The notes under the pieces are model-generated. The model had not been told where the DNA came from, did not search any database, and saw only the letters and a program-made list of their open reading frames with translations. The translations under genes were made by a program, and so were the position numbers. Source: Myxococcales bacterium (lineage in GTDB: Bacteria > Myxococcota_A > UBA9042). Taken from it: 64,000 bases of DNA. Where the stretch lies: NCBI GenBank assembly GCA_037441385.1, contig JBBISH010000007.1:34963-98962 (forward strand), in the 5' to 3' direction. Numbering within the stretch: position 1 is the first letter of the stretch; every line of letters begins with the position of its first letter. Positions 1-9,213 of this stretch are shown here, in pieces.

Positions 1-529
1 CCTCGTTCTCCAGTTGCTCCACGATGTACTGGCGCATCGCCGGCGTCGCCACCCCGTCGGGCTGGTACGGCACGTGCAGCATCACCACCGGGCAGTTGTA
101 CTCGTGCTGCAGCAGTTCGAACCACTTGAGGAACGTAAAGCAGCCGGTGTAGCTGAGCAGCAGCAGGTCCGGCTCGGGCAATTTCTGCCCCGTGGGCCCG
201 ATGTTGCCGCTTTTCAGCATGCCGATGTCGCACTTGACGTACGTACACACGTCTTCGCTGTGGCCCGCCTTCTCGGCCTCGGCGATGTAACCGCCCGACT
301 TCTTGCGCATCCCTGACTGCAGCGCGTTGATCTCGGGCAGCACCGGCAGCAGGTCCAGCGCCAGCAACAGCTCGGTCAGATTGCCAGGCACAAACGTGTA
401 GACCACCTTCTTGCCGTCCTGCTTGGCGCGCGACAGCTTGTCAAAGTGGTTGGCGATCATGTCCTTTTGCCGCTTCTGGCTGTCGTCTTTCTGCGCGGCC
501 GGCGCGTCCTTGCTCGGCCGGTCGGCCAT
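1..529 (-). CDS. bcrB: Benzoyl-CoA reductase subunit B (class I BCR), 3' part outside the window
   Basis: Not in the ORF track because it is open at the window edge. Manual translation from ATG 529 (AAGGA upstream; alternative in-frame ATG 547) gives MADRPSKD...KVVYTFVPGNLTELL...PEINALQSGMRKKSGGYIAEAEKAGHSEDVCTYVKCDIGM, typical of BcrB/BadE. Lies downstream of bcrC. Confidence 0.88.
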   Translation of the reverse strand, partial: MADRPSKDAPAAQKDDSQKRQKDMIANHFDKLSRAKQDGKKVVYTFVPGNLTELLLALDLLPVLPEINALQSGMRKKSGGYIAEAEKAGHSEDVCTYVKCDIGMLKSGNIGPTGQKLPEPDLLLLSYTGCFTFLKWFELLQHEYNCPVVMLHVPYQPDGVATPAMRQYIVEQLENE

Positions 530-604
530 CAGGTGTCCTTCACTCATCGTGTCCCCCCCGCGATCCCCGCCTCACCGGTTTGTCCTGCACTCACCTTGTG
601 TTCC

Positions 605-659
605 GCCCCTCGCCCAAAGCGTTGGGAGAGGGGCAGCCGCGCAGCGGCGGGGTGAGGGC
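605..659. repeat. REP-like palindromic element between bcrC and bcrB
   Basis: Hairpin GCCCCTCGCCCAA-AGCG-TTGGGAGAGGGGC followed by GGGGTGAGGG, the common CCCTCACCCC...CCCTCTCCC...GGGAGAGGG type of intergenic palindrome. Confidence 0.6.
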
Positions 660-675
660 ATTTCCCTTGCTGTGC

Positions 676-1905
676 CTACTCCACCTGCCCCCACAGCTTG
701 ACCGCGTCCGAGAACGCACCAGCCTGCTCGCGGATCACCTGGAATTGCCCAGTGTTCTCGGCGTACTTGAAGCTCGTGTGCGGAATCTTGGCTGCGTCCA
801 TCGCCGCTTCCAGCATCGGCTGGTCCAGCAGCGCCGGATCGCAGAACGACGCCGCAGCGAAGATCACGCCGTCGGCCTTGGCAGCCTTGACCTTGTCGAT
901 CAGCGACTTGCCCTTGACCTCGTCGGCAATGTAGCGCGACGCGACCGCCTGGCCCTTGTGGATGAAGCCCATCGCCAGCGCCAGCAGCGGGTCCTCGGCT
1001 TCGGCGTCCAGATCGCCTTCGATCATCCGCATTCCCAACTGGAAATCGTCGTCGACGATGTCGCAGCCGGCCTTCTCCAGCGCCCGGATCAAATCCACCG
1101 GGGCCTGCTCGCAGAACGCACCGACCAGGACGACCCGCACGTTGTCGCGCGGCCGGACGTCGCGGGCTTTGGCGGCGTCTACAAATTCCTCAATCATCGC
1201 CGCGTGATCCGTGGCCATCAGGCCGCCGCCGGCTCGCACCAATAGGTACGCCTCGGAGGCCAGGCAGCGGTGCGGCTCATTGCGGCGCAGGTCGTCCAGC
1301 TTGCCGATGGCGGCCCGGCGCGTGTTCTCGTTGCGCATTGCCTGGCGCAGCTTGGCCGGATCCAGCGGCTCGGCGCCATACTTGTGCATCTCGTCGGCGA
1401 TGCGCCCCAGCTCGTGGGCATAGAACTTGCCGCCAATGCCCTGGGCAAAGTTCTGCGGCAGGTCCACATACGCCGAGTACTTGTTGGGAAACAGCAGTTT
1501 CCACATGCCGCCCAGATTGCGGATCACGTCGCAGATGCTGGGGAACATCATGCCGTCCAGCACGTCGAACTGCCCGCCCAGGCCCAGCTCGATGGTCGAG
1601 CGCGGAATGTGGCAGATGTACGACTGGAAGTAGCTGTCGCCGCGGATGATGTCGACCTCTTCGCCGCCACCGAACACCGCCACCGCCAGGCCGCCTTGCG
1701 CTTCGACCAGCGGCCGCGGCGCGTAGATCGGCATGTGGCCCATGACAAAAGCGCCCGGATGCGCGGCCTTCCACTGCTTGACGTGCTGCAGGTCGTGATC
1801 CTCGACCAGTGCGCGGCAGCGCTGCAGGATGGGCGCGCACGGGTCGGCGAGCTTGGCCGCGGGCATCGGGGTCGCCGGCGGGACGAAGTCGATAGTAGCG
1901 GTCAT
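676..1905 (-). CDS. bcrC: Benzoyl-CoA reductase subunit C
   Basis: 2-hydroxyacyl-CoA dehydratase-like subunit with DIIRGDSYFQSYICHIPRSTIELG, FPSICDVIRNLGGMWK, SFCDPALLDQPM and FKYAENTGQFQVIREQAGAFSD; operon context. Confidence 0.9.
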   Translation of the reverse strand: MTATIDFVPPATPMPAAKLADPCAPILQRCRALVEDHDLQHVKQWKAAHPGAFVMGHMPIYAPRPLVEAQGGLAVAVFGGGEEVDIIRGDSYFQSYICHIPRSTIELGLGGQFDVLDGMMFPSICDVIRNLGGMWKLLFPNKYSAYVDLPQNFAQGIGGKFYAHELGRIADEMHKYGAEPLDPAKLRQAMRNENTRRAAIGKLDDLRRNEPHRCLASEAYLLVRAGGGLMATDHAAMIEEFVDAAKARDVRPRDNVRVVLVGAFCEQAPVDLIRALEKAGCDIVDDDFQLGMRMIEGDLDAEAEDPLLALAMGFIHKGQAVASRYIADEVKGKSLIDKVKAAKADGVIFAAASFCDPALLDQPMLEAAMDAAKIPHTSFKYAENTGQFQVIREQAGAFSDAVKLWGQVE

Positions 1906-2597
1906 GAAGGCCCCACATCTTGACCCGGTACCGGGTCCAGGAGATTCGAAGATTCCAGAACGGGTACAGCCGGTTCGCGCTCACCCGGCGTGCGCGTGCT
2001 GCACGATCCCAGGCCGCCCAGCACCATGCGGTAGATGTTGCGCGCCAAGACCTCGGCGTCGCCGTGGCGGCCGGGCTCGTGCCAACCGTAGACCCAGTTC
2101 AGCATGCCAAAGATGTTGTAGGTCGCGACTTCCACACAGCGATCACCGGGGGAGCACGCGCAAAACTCGGCCACGATGTCGCGCAGTTGCACGAAGTAGC
2201 GGGTCTTGAGGGCGCGCACCTGGGCACGCGACGCCGGGTCCAGGGCCGAGGCTTCGGTCACCAGCAGGCGCATCACGGCCTGGTTCGACAGGACGTAGTG
2301 CACATGCTGAAAAATGAAGGCGAACAGCCGGTCCTCGGCCGCGGCGATGCCCGTCCTGGCCGACTCCTTGCAGACCAGCTCCGCCGTGTCGCACAGGTTC
2401 TGGAAGGCCCGCAGCTGGATGGCCAGCAGCAGCGCCTCTTTGCTGGGGAAGTCGTTGTAAAGCGTAGAGATATTCTTGCCGGTCGCCTTGGCCAACTCGC
2501 GCATCGACATGCCGTGGAAGCCACGCTCGGCCACGAACTCGGCGGCTGCGTTCAAGATTTCGCTTTGGCGCTGCTGCGCCCGGTCCATACGGTTCAT
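1902..2597 (-). CDS. TetR/AcrR family transcriptional regulator (KstR2/PaaR-like C-terminus)
   Basis: HTH EILNAAAEFVAERGFHGMSMRELAKATG...TLYNDFPSKEALL and C-terminal IFGMLNWVYGWH. Start moved to ATG 2597 to avoid overlap with dch; 4-bp overlap with the bcrC start. Confidence 0.88.
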   Translation of the reverse strand: MNRMDRAQQRQSEILNAAAEFVAERGFHGMSMRELAKATGKNISTLYNDFPSKEALLLAIQLRAFQNLCDTAELVCKESARTGIAAAEDRLFAFIFQHVHYVLSNQAVMRLLVTEASALDPASRAQVRALKTRYFVQLRDIVAEFCACSPGDRCVEVATYNIFGMLNWVYGWHEPGRHGDAEVLARNIYRMVLGGLGSCSTRTPGEREPAVPVLESSNLLDPVPGQDVGPS

Positions 2598-2607
2598 CGG
2601 TCCTGCC

Positions 2608-3396
2608 TTACCGGTCTTGCCAGTCTGGAGCACGCCGCTCCAAGAACGCCGCGATGCCTTCGTTGCCATCGTGGCTAGGGATCAGGCCCTGAACATAGGT
2701 CTTTTCGGCAAGGTCGAGAACGGCACCCAGGCCACCTTGCTGATCACAGCTGCTGGTCCGCCGCACCAGACCGGTCGCGACCCGCAGGCTGTGGGCCGAC
2801 AAGCCCAGCAAGTGCGCCCGCAGCCACTGCACCGCAGTCGCCCGCACGTCGTCGCTCTGCGGCAACATCGTGGCAAAACCCGTACTTTCGGCGGCACTCA
2901 AGGGCAGATCGCAGCCGGTCAGCACCAGCTTTTCGGTCCAGGCCCCGCCCAAGCGCGCCGGCCCCAGCGCCGCCAGCACCGGAGGCAACACACCCAGCTT
3001 GATCTCGGGGCAAGCAAAGTTGGCCGTGGGGGTCGCCAAAACCAGGTGGCAGACCAACGCCAGCTCAAAGGCGCCGCCCAGACACTTGCCCTGGACCAGC
3101 GCCACCACGGGCACAGGAAACGAGGCAACTTCGCGCAGCGACTGATGAAACGTCGCCAGCATCGCGGCCGCCTGATCGCGCTGGTGCTCTTCCACGCTGG
3201 CACCAAAGCTGAAGTGATGACCAGCACCCTGGATCACGGCAGCACGCAAGTGTGGATTCCGGCGATGGTTGTTCAACACGGTGGTGAGCGCCTGCAGCAC
3301 CGCCATGCTGAGCACATTGCCCTTGCCCGCGGCGATGGTCAGCCAGAGCAACTTGCCCTCTTCCAAAACCTCTGCAATCACTGGACCTTCACTCAT
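2608..3396 (-). CDS. dch: Cyclohexa-1,5-diene-1-carbonyl-CoA hydratase (crotonase family)
   Basis: KGNVL, HFSFGASVEEH, GKCLGGAFELAL and PEIKLGVLPP motifs; lies between oah and the bcr genes. Start MSEGPV at ATG 3396. Confidence 0.85.
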   Translation of the reverse strand: MSEGPVIAEVLEEGKLLWLTIAAGKGNVLSMAVLQALTTVLNNHRRNPHLRAAVIQGAGHHFSFGASVEEHQRDQAAAMLATFHQSLREVASFPVPVVALVQGKCLGGAFELALVCHLVLATPTANFACPEIKLGVLPPVLAALGPARLGGAWTEKLVLTGCDLPLSAAESTGFATMLPQSDDVRATAVQWLRAHLLGLSAHSLRVATGLVRRTSSCDQQGGLGAVLDLAEKTYVQGLIPSHDGNEGIAAFLERRAPDWQDR

Positions 3397-3444
3397 CGCC
3401 CGCCCCTCTGCCTGCACCCGCGACCCGTGCCGCGCCTTCAAAAA

Positions 3445-4572
3445 CTACGGATTCTGGCTCCGATACGCCGCCCGACCGGCCCGCGCCGACGGCTTGAGCA
3501 CTTCGGCGGTCAGGGCCTCCTCGACGCGCCCCCCCTCGGCCAACCGCTTGCGCAGCAACACGAAATCGATCTCGCGCTCGGCGCGGTCGCCAAAGTGAAA
3601 GGCCGGGAAGCCAGCCGCCGCCTCGGTGTTCATGTTCAGCGCCAGCCAGCTGCGGTTCGACTCAGCGTTCTGGTACCAGTGCTGGAGCTTCTTTTTCCGC
3701 ACACTTTCCAAGGTCTTGCGCGTGCAATCCGGGAACGTATACATCAGCTTGGTCACCAACTTGTTCACCGCCGCGTCCAGCGGCGCCAGATCGATGCTCA
3801 GCCCCGCTGCCGCCGCCTTGGCCGCGTCTTTGGCCGCGCCTTCTTTGTACTCGCCGTGAACGATGCGCCCGAATTCATCCAGATAGCGATCGGTCACGAC
3901 CCAGGGGTTGGCCACGTACTCGCCGGCCGCGTTCTTGTGCACCGGCACCACTTCGTTCACGACGCCCAGACGCGCCGCCTTGTGCGCGCTCCACGCTTCG
4001 CACAGCACCAGCGACTCGACCGCTTTGCCAAAGCCCACGAATTGGTCCAAGAAATCCGTCGATCCGCCATCCGGCGCCGAGCCGTGCACCGGTCCCGCCT
4101 GGCCAAAGCGCGCGTGGTCGCCGGTTACGCTGAAGTCGCACGCCATGCCGATCTCTTGGCCGCCGCCGATGCGCATGCCGTTGACACGGCACACGACCGG
4201 CTTGTCGCAGTGCAGGATCGACGTGACCATGTCGTTGAAAAGCCGCATGTACTGGTGGTACTCCAGCGGCCGGTTGGCGTAGTAGGTGGCGTACTCAGCG
4301 GTGTTGCCGCCCGTGCAGAAGGCCTTGTCGCCCACCGCCGTGAACACCACCGCCACCGCAGCGCGATCGTTGCTGGCGCGGCGGAAGGCCAAGATGACCT
4401 CTTTGACGGCCTCGGTGGTGTAGCTGTTGAATTGCCGCTCGTTGTTCAGCCAAATCCACACTTGGTGCAGACCGTCCACGGCTTTGCCAGCGTGGTCGAA
4501 AACCGGGCGCTCCTCGTACAAGATGTGGCTGAATTGCAAGTCAGGGAGCAGATCGTGGTTGATGAGCGTCAT
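3445..4572 (-). CDS. oah: 6-oxocyclohex-1-ene-1-carbonyl-CoA hydrolase (ring opening)
   Basis: QFNSYTTEAVKEVILAFRRAS, AFCTGGNTAEYA, RVNGMRIGGGQEIGMACDF and GQAGPVHGSAPDGGSTDFL, characteristic of Oah/BamA. Confidence 0.92.
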   Translation of the reverse strand: MTLINHDLLPDLQFSHILYEERPVFDHAGKAVDGLHQVWIWLNNERQFNSYTTEAVKEVILAFRRASNDRAAVAVVFTAVGDKAFCTGGNTAEYATYYANRPLEYHQYMRLFNDMVTSILHCDKPVVCRVNGMRIGGGQEIGMACDFSVTGDHARFGQAGPVHGSAPDGGSTDFLDQFVGFGKAVESLVLCEAWSAHKAARLGVVNEVVPVHKNAAGEYVANPWVVTDRYLDEFGRIVHGEYKEGAAKDAAKAAAAGLSIDLAPLDAAVNKLVTKLMYTFPDCTRKTLESVRKKKLQHWYQNAESNRSWLALNMNTEAAAGFPAFHFGDRAEREIDFVLLRKRLAEGGRVEEALTAEVLKPSARAGRAAYRSQNP

Positions 4573-4607
4573 CTAAAACCTCGCGTTTCAAGAAGGAACG
4601 GCAGAAT

Positions 4608-5687
4608 TTAACAGGAAGGATCCAGAACCATGCGCTTGGTCAGCTTGTGGCCTGCCATCGCGGCGAGCAGATCGTTGACCTGCGACATCGGCGCATACTC
4701 GACCAACGGCGCCAGTTGAATCGCGCCCTTGGCAATCAAATCGAGAACTGGCGGATACTCTTCTGGTGGGCAACCCCAAGTACCCAAAGCTGTTCCGTCA
4801 AAGGCCATCAGGTTCGACAGGCGCAGCTCCACCGCCCCGGCGGCATAGCCCACTTGCACGTAGGTAGCGCAGCGCGACAGCAAGCTCCACGCCAAGCTCT
4901 GCCCCGCAACTGCGCCGCTGCACTCGAAAATCTTCCAATTCAGGCTGTCGGCCCGGCCCTTGGCCAGCCCTTGCGCCTCGGCTTTGACTTCTTTGGCCGC
5001 ACGCCCGGCCACCAGCACACCCGCGTCGGCACCCAGCGCTTTGGCGGCCTCTAGCCGCACGTCGCTCGTATCCAGGGCGATCACGTAAGCGCCCAAGGCC
5101 TTGGCAATTTGCGCGACGAAGCTGCCCACACCGCCCGCACCCACCACCAGCGCCACATCGCCGGCCCGCAGATTGGCGCGCTTGGCCGCTTGCCACGCGG
5201 TCGACACCGCGTCCGCCACCACCGACAGCGCCCGCAAGTCGCCGCCCGCCAGCTTCCCCAGCGATTGCTGTAGCTTGGATAGAGACTGCAGGGGCGCGGC
5301 GGGCACTTTCAGGTGGGTGGCAAAGCCACCGTGGTCGTCGTTGCCGGGCATCAGTTGCTTGGGGCAGGCGTTGGCACGGCCCGACTTGCAGAACACGCAC
5401 TTGCCGCAGGGCAGCACGGCCGGAACGATCACCGGTTGCCCCAGCAGATGGGCAAAGTTCTCGCCCACTTCGACAACGGTGCCCACGACCTCGTGGCCCA
5501 GCACCAACGGCAGCGCGTGCTTGGGCGGCACCGAGCCGTCGGCGTAGCCCAAGTCGGTGTGGCACAGGCCGCACGCCAGCACCTGCACGATGGCTTCGGC
5601 CGGTCCGGGCGTGGCGAGCTCGATGGGGCGCCGCTCCAACGGTTGACCAGCGGTGTGCAACCACCACGCGCTCGCTTGCAGTGCCAT
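4608..5687 (-). CDS. had: 6-hydroxycyclohex-1-ene-1-carbonyl-CoA dehydrogenase (Zn-dependent ADH family)
   Basis: CGLCHTD, GHE, PCGKCVFC...C, VVADAVSTAWQA, GAGGVG and LSNLMAFDG...GTWGCPPE. ATG 5687 has a GGAGG SD; the 852-aa track ORF is an upstream over-extension. Confidence 0.9.
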   Translation of the reverse strand: MALQASAWWLHTAGQPLERRPIELATPGPAEAIVQVLACGLCHTDLGYADGSVPPKHALPLVLGHEVVGTVVEVGENFAHLLGQPVIVPAVLPCGKCVFCKSGRANACPKQLMPGNDDHGGFATHLKVPAAPLQSLSKLQQSLGKLAGGDLRALSVVADAVSTAWQAAKRANLRAGDVALVVGAGGVGSFVAQIAKALGAYVIALDTSDVRLEAAKALGADAGVLVAGRAAKEVKAEAQGLAKGRADSLNWKIFECSGAVAGQSLAWSLLSRCATYVQVGYAAGAVELRLSNLMAFDGTALGTWGCPPEEYPPVLDLIAKGAIQLAPLVEYAPMSQVNDLLAAMAGHKLTKRMVLDPSC

Positions 5688-5751
5688 CGGGACCTCCGTC
5701 GCATCGTCGATTTGGGCGTGTGCCCAAAAACTCTGGGAATTTTCTGGACCT

Positions 5752-5791
5752 GAACGTTCGCTAGATTCTGGAACGAACGTTCGATTGTCAA
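5752..5791 (-). promoter_or_regulatory. Putative promoter/operator of the had-bcr operon: TTGACA plus two GAACGTTC palindromes
   Basis: Minus-strand TTGACA at 5791-5786. Palindromes GAACGTTC at 5752-5759 and CGAACGTTCG at 5774-5783. Best -10 candidate (CAGAAT) has a short 15-bp spacing. Confidence 0.55.
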
Positions 5792-5939
5792 CCGCCCTTC
5801 GACAATACCGTGACATTTCTGCGTCGGTTACGGAGCGTGAGGCGAGCCACGCCGGTCGCCAGCGGGGGCTTGTCGCGACGCGCGGATCTGCCGAGACTAC
5901 GCCGCCGCGGCGCCCCTGTCCGCCTGGAGTCCCTTCCGC

Positions 5940-6857
5940 ATGCAAGCCAAAACGCCCAATTTTGTCAGCGACTTGTTTGACTCCAGCGCCTGGACCGCCG
6001 TGGCGGGTTTCCAGGGTTTGAGCGACGTGACCTACCATCGCGCGGTGGACCAAGGCACCGTCCGCATCGCCTTCAACCGCCCCGATTGCCGCAATGCCTT
6101 CCGCCCGCAGACCGTGGACGAGCTGTACGCCTGCCTGGAGCACGCTCGCCAAAGCCCAGACGTTGGCTGCGTTTTGCTCACCGGCAACGGCCCCAGCCCC
6201 AAGGACGGCGGCTGGGCCTTTTCGGCCGGCGGCGACCAGCGCATCCGCGGCAAAGACGGCTACCAATACGGCCAGGCCGACGATCCGGTCGCTCAGGCCA
6301 AGCTCGGCCGCCTGCATATCTTGGAAGTGCAGCGCCTGATTCGCTTCATGCCCAAGATCGTCATTGCGGTCGTACCGGGCTGGGCCGTGGGCGGCGGCCA
6401 CAGCCTCCACGTAGTCTGCGACCTGACGATCGCCTCGCGCGAGCACGCCCGCTTCAAGCAGACCGATCCAGACGTCGCCAGCTTCGACTCGGGTTACGGC
6501 TCGGCCTACCTGGCGCGGATGGTCGGCCAAAAACGCGCCCGCGAAATCTTCTTCTTGGGCTTTGACTACACCGCCGAGCAAGCCTGCGCCATGGGCATGT
6601 GCAACGCCGCGGTACCGCACGCCGAGCTGGAGACCACCGCTCTGGAATGGGCCAAGATCATCAACAGCAAGTCGCCCACCGCCATGCGCATGCTCAAGTT
6701 CGGCATGAACATGGTCGACGACGGGCTCGTCGGCCAGCAGATCTTCGCGGGCGAAGCCACGCGCCTGGGTTATGCCAGCGACGAAGCGCGCGAGGGCCGC
6801 GATGCCTTCTTGCAGAAGCGCGACGCGGAATTCCAGAAGTTTCCTTGGCATTTCTGA
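5940..6857 (+). CDS. menB: 1,4-dihydroxy-2-naphthoyl-CoA synthase (Mycobacterium-type MenB)
   Basis: RIAFNRPDCRNAFRP, GNGPSPKDGGWAFSAGGDQRIRG, GRLHILEVQRLIRFMPK and FKQTDPDVASFDSGYGSAYLAR. Confidence 0.88.
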   Translation: MQAKTPNFVSDLFDSSAWTAVAGFQGLSDVTYHRAVDQGTVRIAFNRPDCRNAFRPQTVDELYACLEHARQSPDVGCVLLTGNGPSPKDGGWAFSAGGDQRIRGKDGYQYGQADDPVAQAKLGRLHILEVQRLIRFMPKIVIAVVPGWAVGGGHSLHVVCDLTIASREHARFKQTDPDVASFDSGYGSAYLARMVGQKRAREIFFLGFDYTAEQACAMGMCNAAVPHAELETTALEWAKIINSKSPTAMRMLKFGMNMVDDGLVGQQIFAGEATRLGYASDEAREGRDAFLQKRDAEFQKFPWHF

Positions 6858-6945
6858 GCGGAGCGCAGCGGATTCGCGACGGCCAAAGCGAACGCCAAGC
6901 CGCCTCTGTGTCAGCCATGCCCTCCAAGCAACCGCGGACTGCCCG

Positions 6946-9213
6946 ATGAGTCGACGGCGAATCGACATCGATCTCTCGCCCACCGTGTGGAGCGTACCCG
7001 GCCATGCGGGCGTGGTCACCGACGTGGCTCGTTCGCCGGGGGGGCGCGTCCTGGCGAGCTGTGGCACAGACGGCGACGTGGCCCTTTGGCGACCTGGAAC
7101 TGGGGCAGTCTTGGCCCGTCGCGCGCTGGATCCCCAAGGGTTACGGTCCCTTTGTTGGCTCGGCACCCATCGGATGCTCGCTGTCGGCGGGGAAGCCTAC
7201 GCGTGGCTGCTCTCGGATCGGGTGCGGCGAGTTCGCCGCGTCGACCTGCCCGAGCCTGCCCTTGACGCGCGTTCGGCGGGAGCAGCGGCCATCGTTCGCC
7301 TCGCCGGCGGCGGCCTTTGCCGGGTATCTGCCGAAGGCGTGGTGCGCCGCATCGAGATCGAGGGGACCACGGACGGGCTGTGCAGCCACGACGGCGGGGT
7401 CGTGCGCGCCCACGGAACGCGCTGGCAATGGCTCGACGACACGGGTGGAGTACTTGCCTGCGGCGATTTGGCTGCGACGGTGGATGGCCAGTGGCGGGGC
7501 CTGGACCTTGCAGCCGGCGACCGCGGTCGCTTCCTGGCGCTGGTCCACGGCGAAGACTCGATGAATTTCAGCACACTTGCCGCGGTTCTGATCGATCCCC
7601 GAAATGGCTTGGCGCAGCTGTGTCCAGATTGGACGGTCGGTTATCTCGCGCCCGCACCGCACGTGGCGGCAGACGGCAAGCCGGTCTATTTCGCAAACCA
7701 AGTCATCGACGCAGTGGCCCGGATGAAATTCCTCGATGCCGGTGTCACCGCAGTTTGCGCAGGACCTGGCGGCACCATGGTCACGGGAAGCGACGATGGC
7801 GGGCTGCGCTGTTGGCGCGTCGCTGGCCCCGCACAGCGCGTTGCGGGCAGTTTTCTAGACGGCGCTGCCCGGCGTCGCGGCGAAATCGCGACCAGAACCA
7901 GCACGCAGGTGCAGTGGTGGTCCGCCCTGAGCGGCCAATGGTTGCGCAGTGAGCGAGTGGGCGACCAAGTCCAGGTTGCGGCGGACGGCAGCGGCCTAAT
8001 TGCGCTCAAGTCCTTGCCGTTCGGCGAAGCACAAATCGAGGTTTGCTCCGCAGGCTGGAGTACGCCCACAAGCCGGGACCGCAACGCAATTTGCCTGGCA
8101 GAAGGGGGTCGCTTTGCCGGGCTGTCGGTACCGGTCTACCGAGTCGAGAGCCAAGATGGCACAACCTTTCCTACCCCACATCGCAAGTGGGGCGGCGCTG
8201 TCGCCTGGAGCGACCGGGTCGTCAGCTGGGACCGCGCTGGCGAGGTGCTCGCATGGCGCCAGGACGGCGTGCTGCTTTGGCAACGCACCTTGGCGGGTGG
8301 AGTCTGCGCGGCCGCGTGGACCGATCAAGGTGAGCTGGCCCTGCTCCTCCAGGCCGACGCAGGGACGACCTGGGTAGAGTGGCTCGAGCCGGTGCGCGGC
8401 CAGAGCGTGGTGGTGGGTGGGCGCAGCGACGGCGCCGCCCATGACCAGTTGTTGGCAACTGAGGAAGGCGATGTCATAGCGCCAGGTTGGGGTGCGGTCC
8501 GCTATCCACGCGTGGCTGGTGCCGTGGGCTACCCGGTGCAAGTTCAGCGGAAAGCCGAGTCGGCACCCGCATGGCGGCTGGTCGAGGGCTTTCAGTTCCT
8601 CTGTTTTGACCTGAGCCTCAGGACGCAAGTCTGCTCCATCGATGTCGATTTGTCGGACGCGGTGCTAGCCAGCGACGGCAGCGCAGTTTTCGCCCGCGGC
8701 ACGATCTACAGCCTTGCCGACCAAACTGCCGTGGTCCTGCCCGAGCCGTGGTGGCGTGGCCGCAAGGCCGCTTTCTTGCCCGCAGGACATCTGCTGCTCT
8801 ACGGCCGCGAGGATGGGCGCCTGATTTGGGCAAAGACGGGTGCGTGCCTGGCATCGTTGGGCGGGGCAGTCCATGACTTCGCCGTGAGTGCGCGCGGTGA
8901 CCGCCTAGCGCTGGCGCAAGCGACCGCCGTGGTGGTCCTGGACCTGGCAACAGGCCATCAGCTGGTGCAGATTGCGACACCGGCCGCAACGGGCCTGGGC
9001 TTCGACGCCATGGAGATGCTCGTGATCGCCTGTGGCTACGGGGTCACGTCGTGGTCAAGCGACGGCACTCGCGCCATGTACTGGCCTCTGACCGAGCGCG
9101 TCACCGGCCTGTGTGTAGACGGCCATTTGGTAGCTGCGGTGGACGCACTAGGTCGTCTTCGGATTGTGCGCAGCGGCGAGGTCAGCGGCACCCGGGACGC
9201 CAAGCGCGACTAG
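6946..9213 (+). CDS. WD40/beta-propeller repeat protein
   Basis: WD-like repeats GHAGVVTDVARSPGGRVLASCGTDGDVALW and AGVTAVCAGPGGTMVTGSDDGGLRCW plus degenerate blades. Start placed at ATG 6946. Confidence 0.65.
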   Translation: MSRRRIDIDLSPTVWSVPGHAGVVTDVARSPGGRVLASCGTDGDVALWRPGTGAVLARRALDPQGLRSLCWLGTHRMLAVGGEAYAWLLSDRVRRVRRVDLPEPALDARSAGAAAIVRLAGGGLCRVSAEGVVRRIEIEGTTDGLCSHDGGVVRAHGTRWQWLDDTGGVLACGDLAATVDGQWRGLDLAAGDRGRFLALVHGEDSMNFSTLAAVLIDPRNGLAQLCPDWTVGYLAPAPHVAADGKPVYFANQVIDAVARMKFLDAGVTAVCAGPGGTMVTGSDDGGLRCWRVAGPAQRVAGSFLDGAARRRGEIATRTSTQVQWWSALSGQWLRSERVGDQVQVAADGSGLIALKSLPFGEAQIEVCSAGWSTPTSRDRNAICLAEGGRFAGLSVPVYRVESQDGTTFPTPHRKWGGAVAWSDRVVSWDRAGEVLAWRQDGVLLWQRTLAGGVCAAAWTDQGELALLLQADAGTTWVEWLEPVRGQSVVVGGRSDGAAHDQLLATEEGDVIAPGWGAVRYPRVAGAVGYPVQVQRKAESAPAWRLVEGFQFLCFDLSLRTQVCSIDVDLSDAVLASDGSAVFARGTIYSLADQTAVVLPEPWWRGRKAAFLPAGHLLLYGREDGRLIWAKTGACLASLGGAVHDFAVSARGDRLALAQATAVVVLDLATGHQLVQIATPAATGLGFDAMEMLVIACGYGVTSWSSDGTRAMYWPLTERVTGLCVDGHLVAAVDALGRLRIVRSGEVSGTRDAKRD

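Noticed and set aside
2476..4611. 711-aa plus-strand ORF
   Set aside because: Antisense shadow of dch/oah, typical of high-GC DNA.
5688..7166. N-terminal ~490 aa of the 852-aa ORF 4608..7166
   Set aside because: Antisense shadow of menB; the ADH homology and a good SD begin at 5687.
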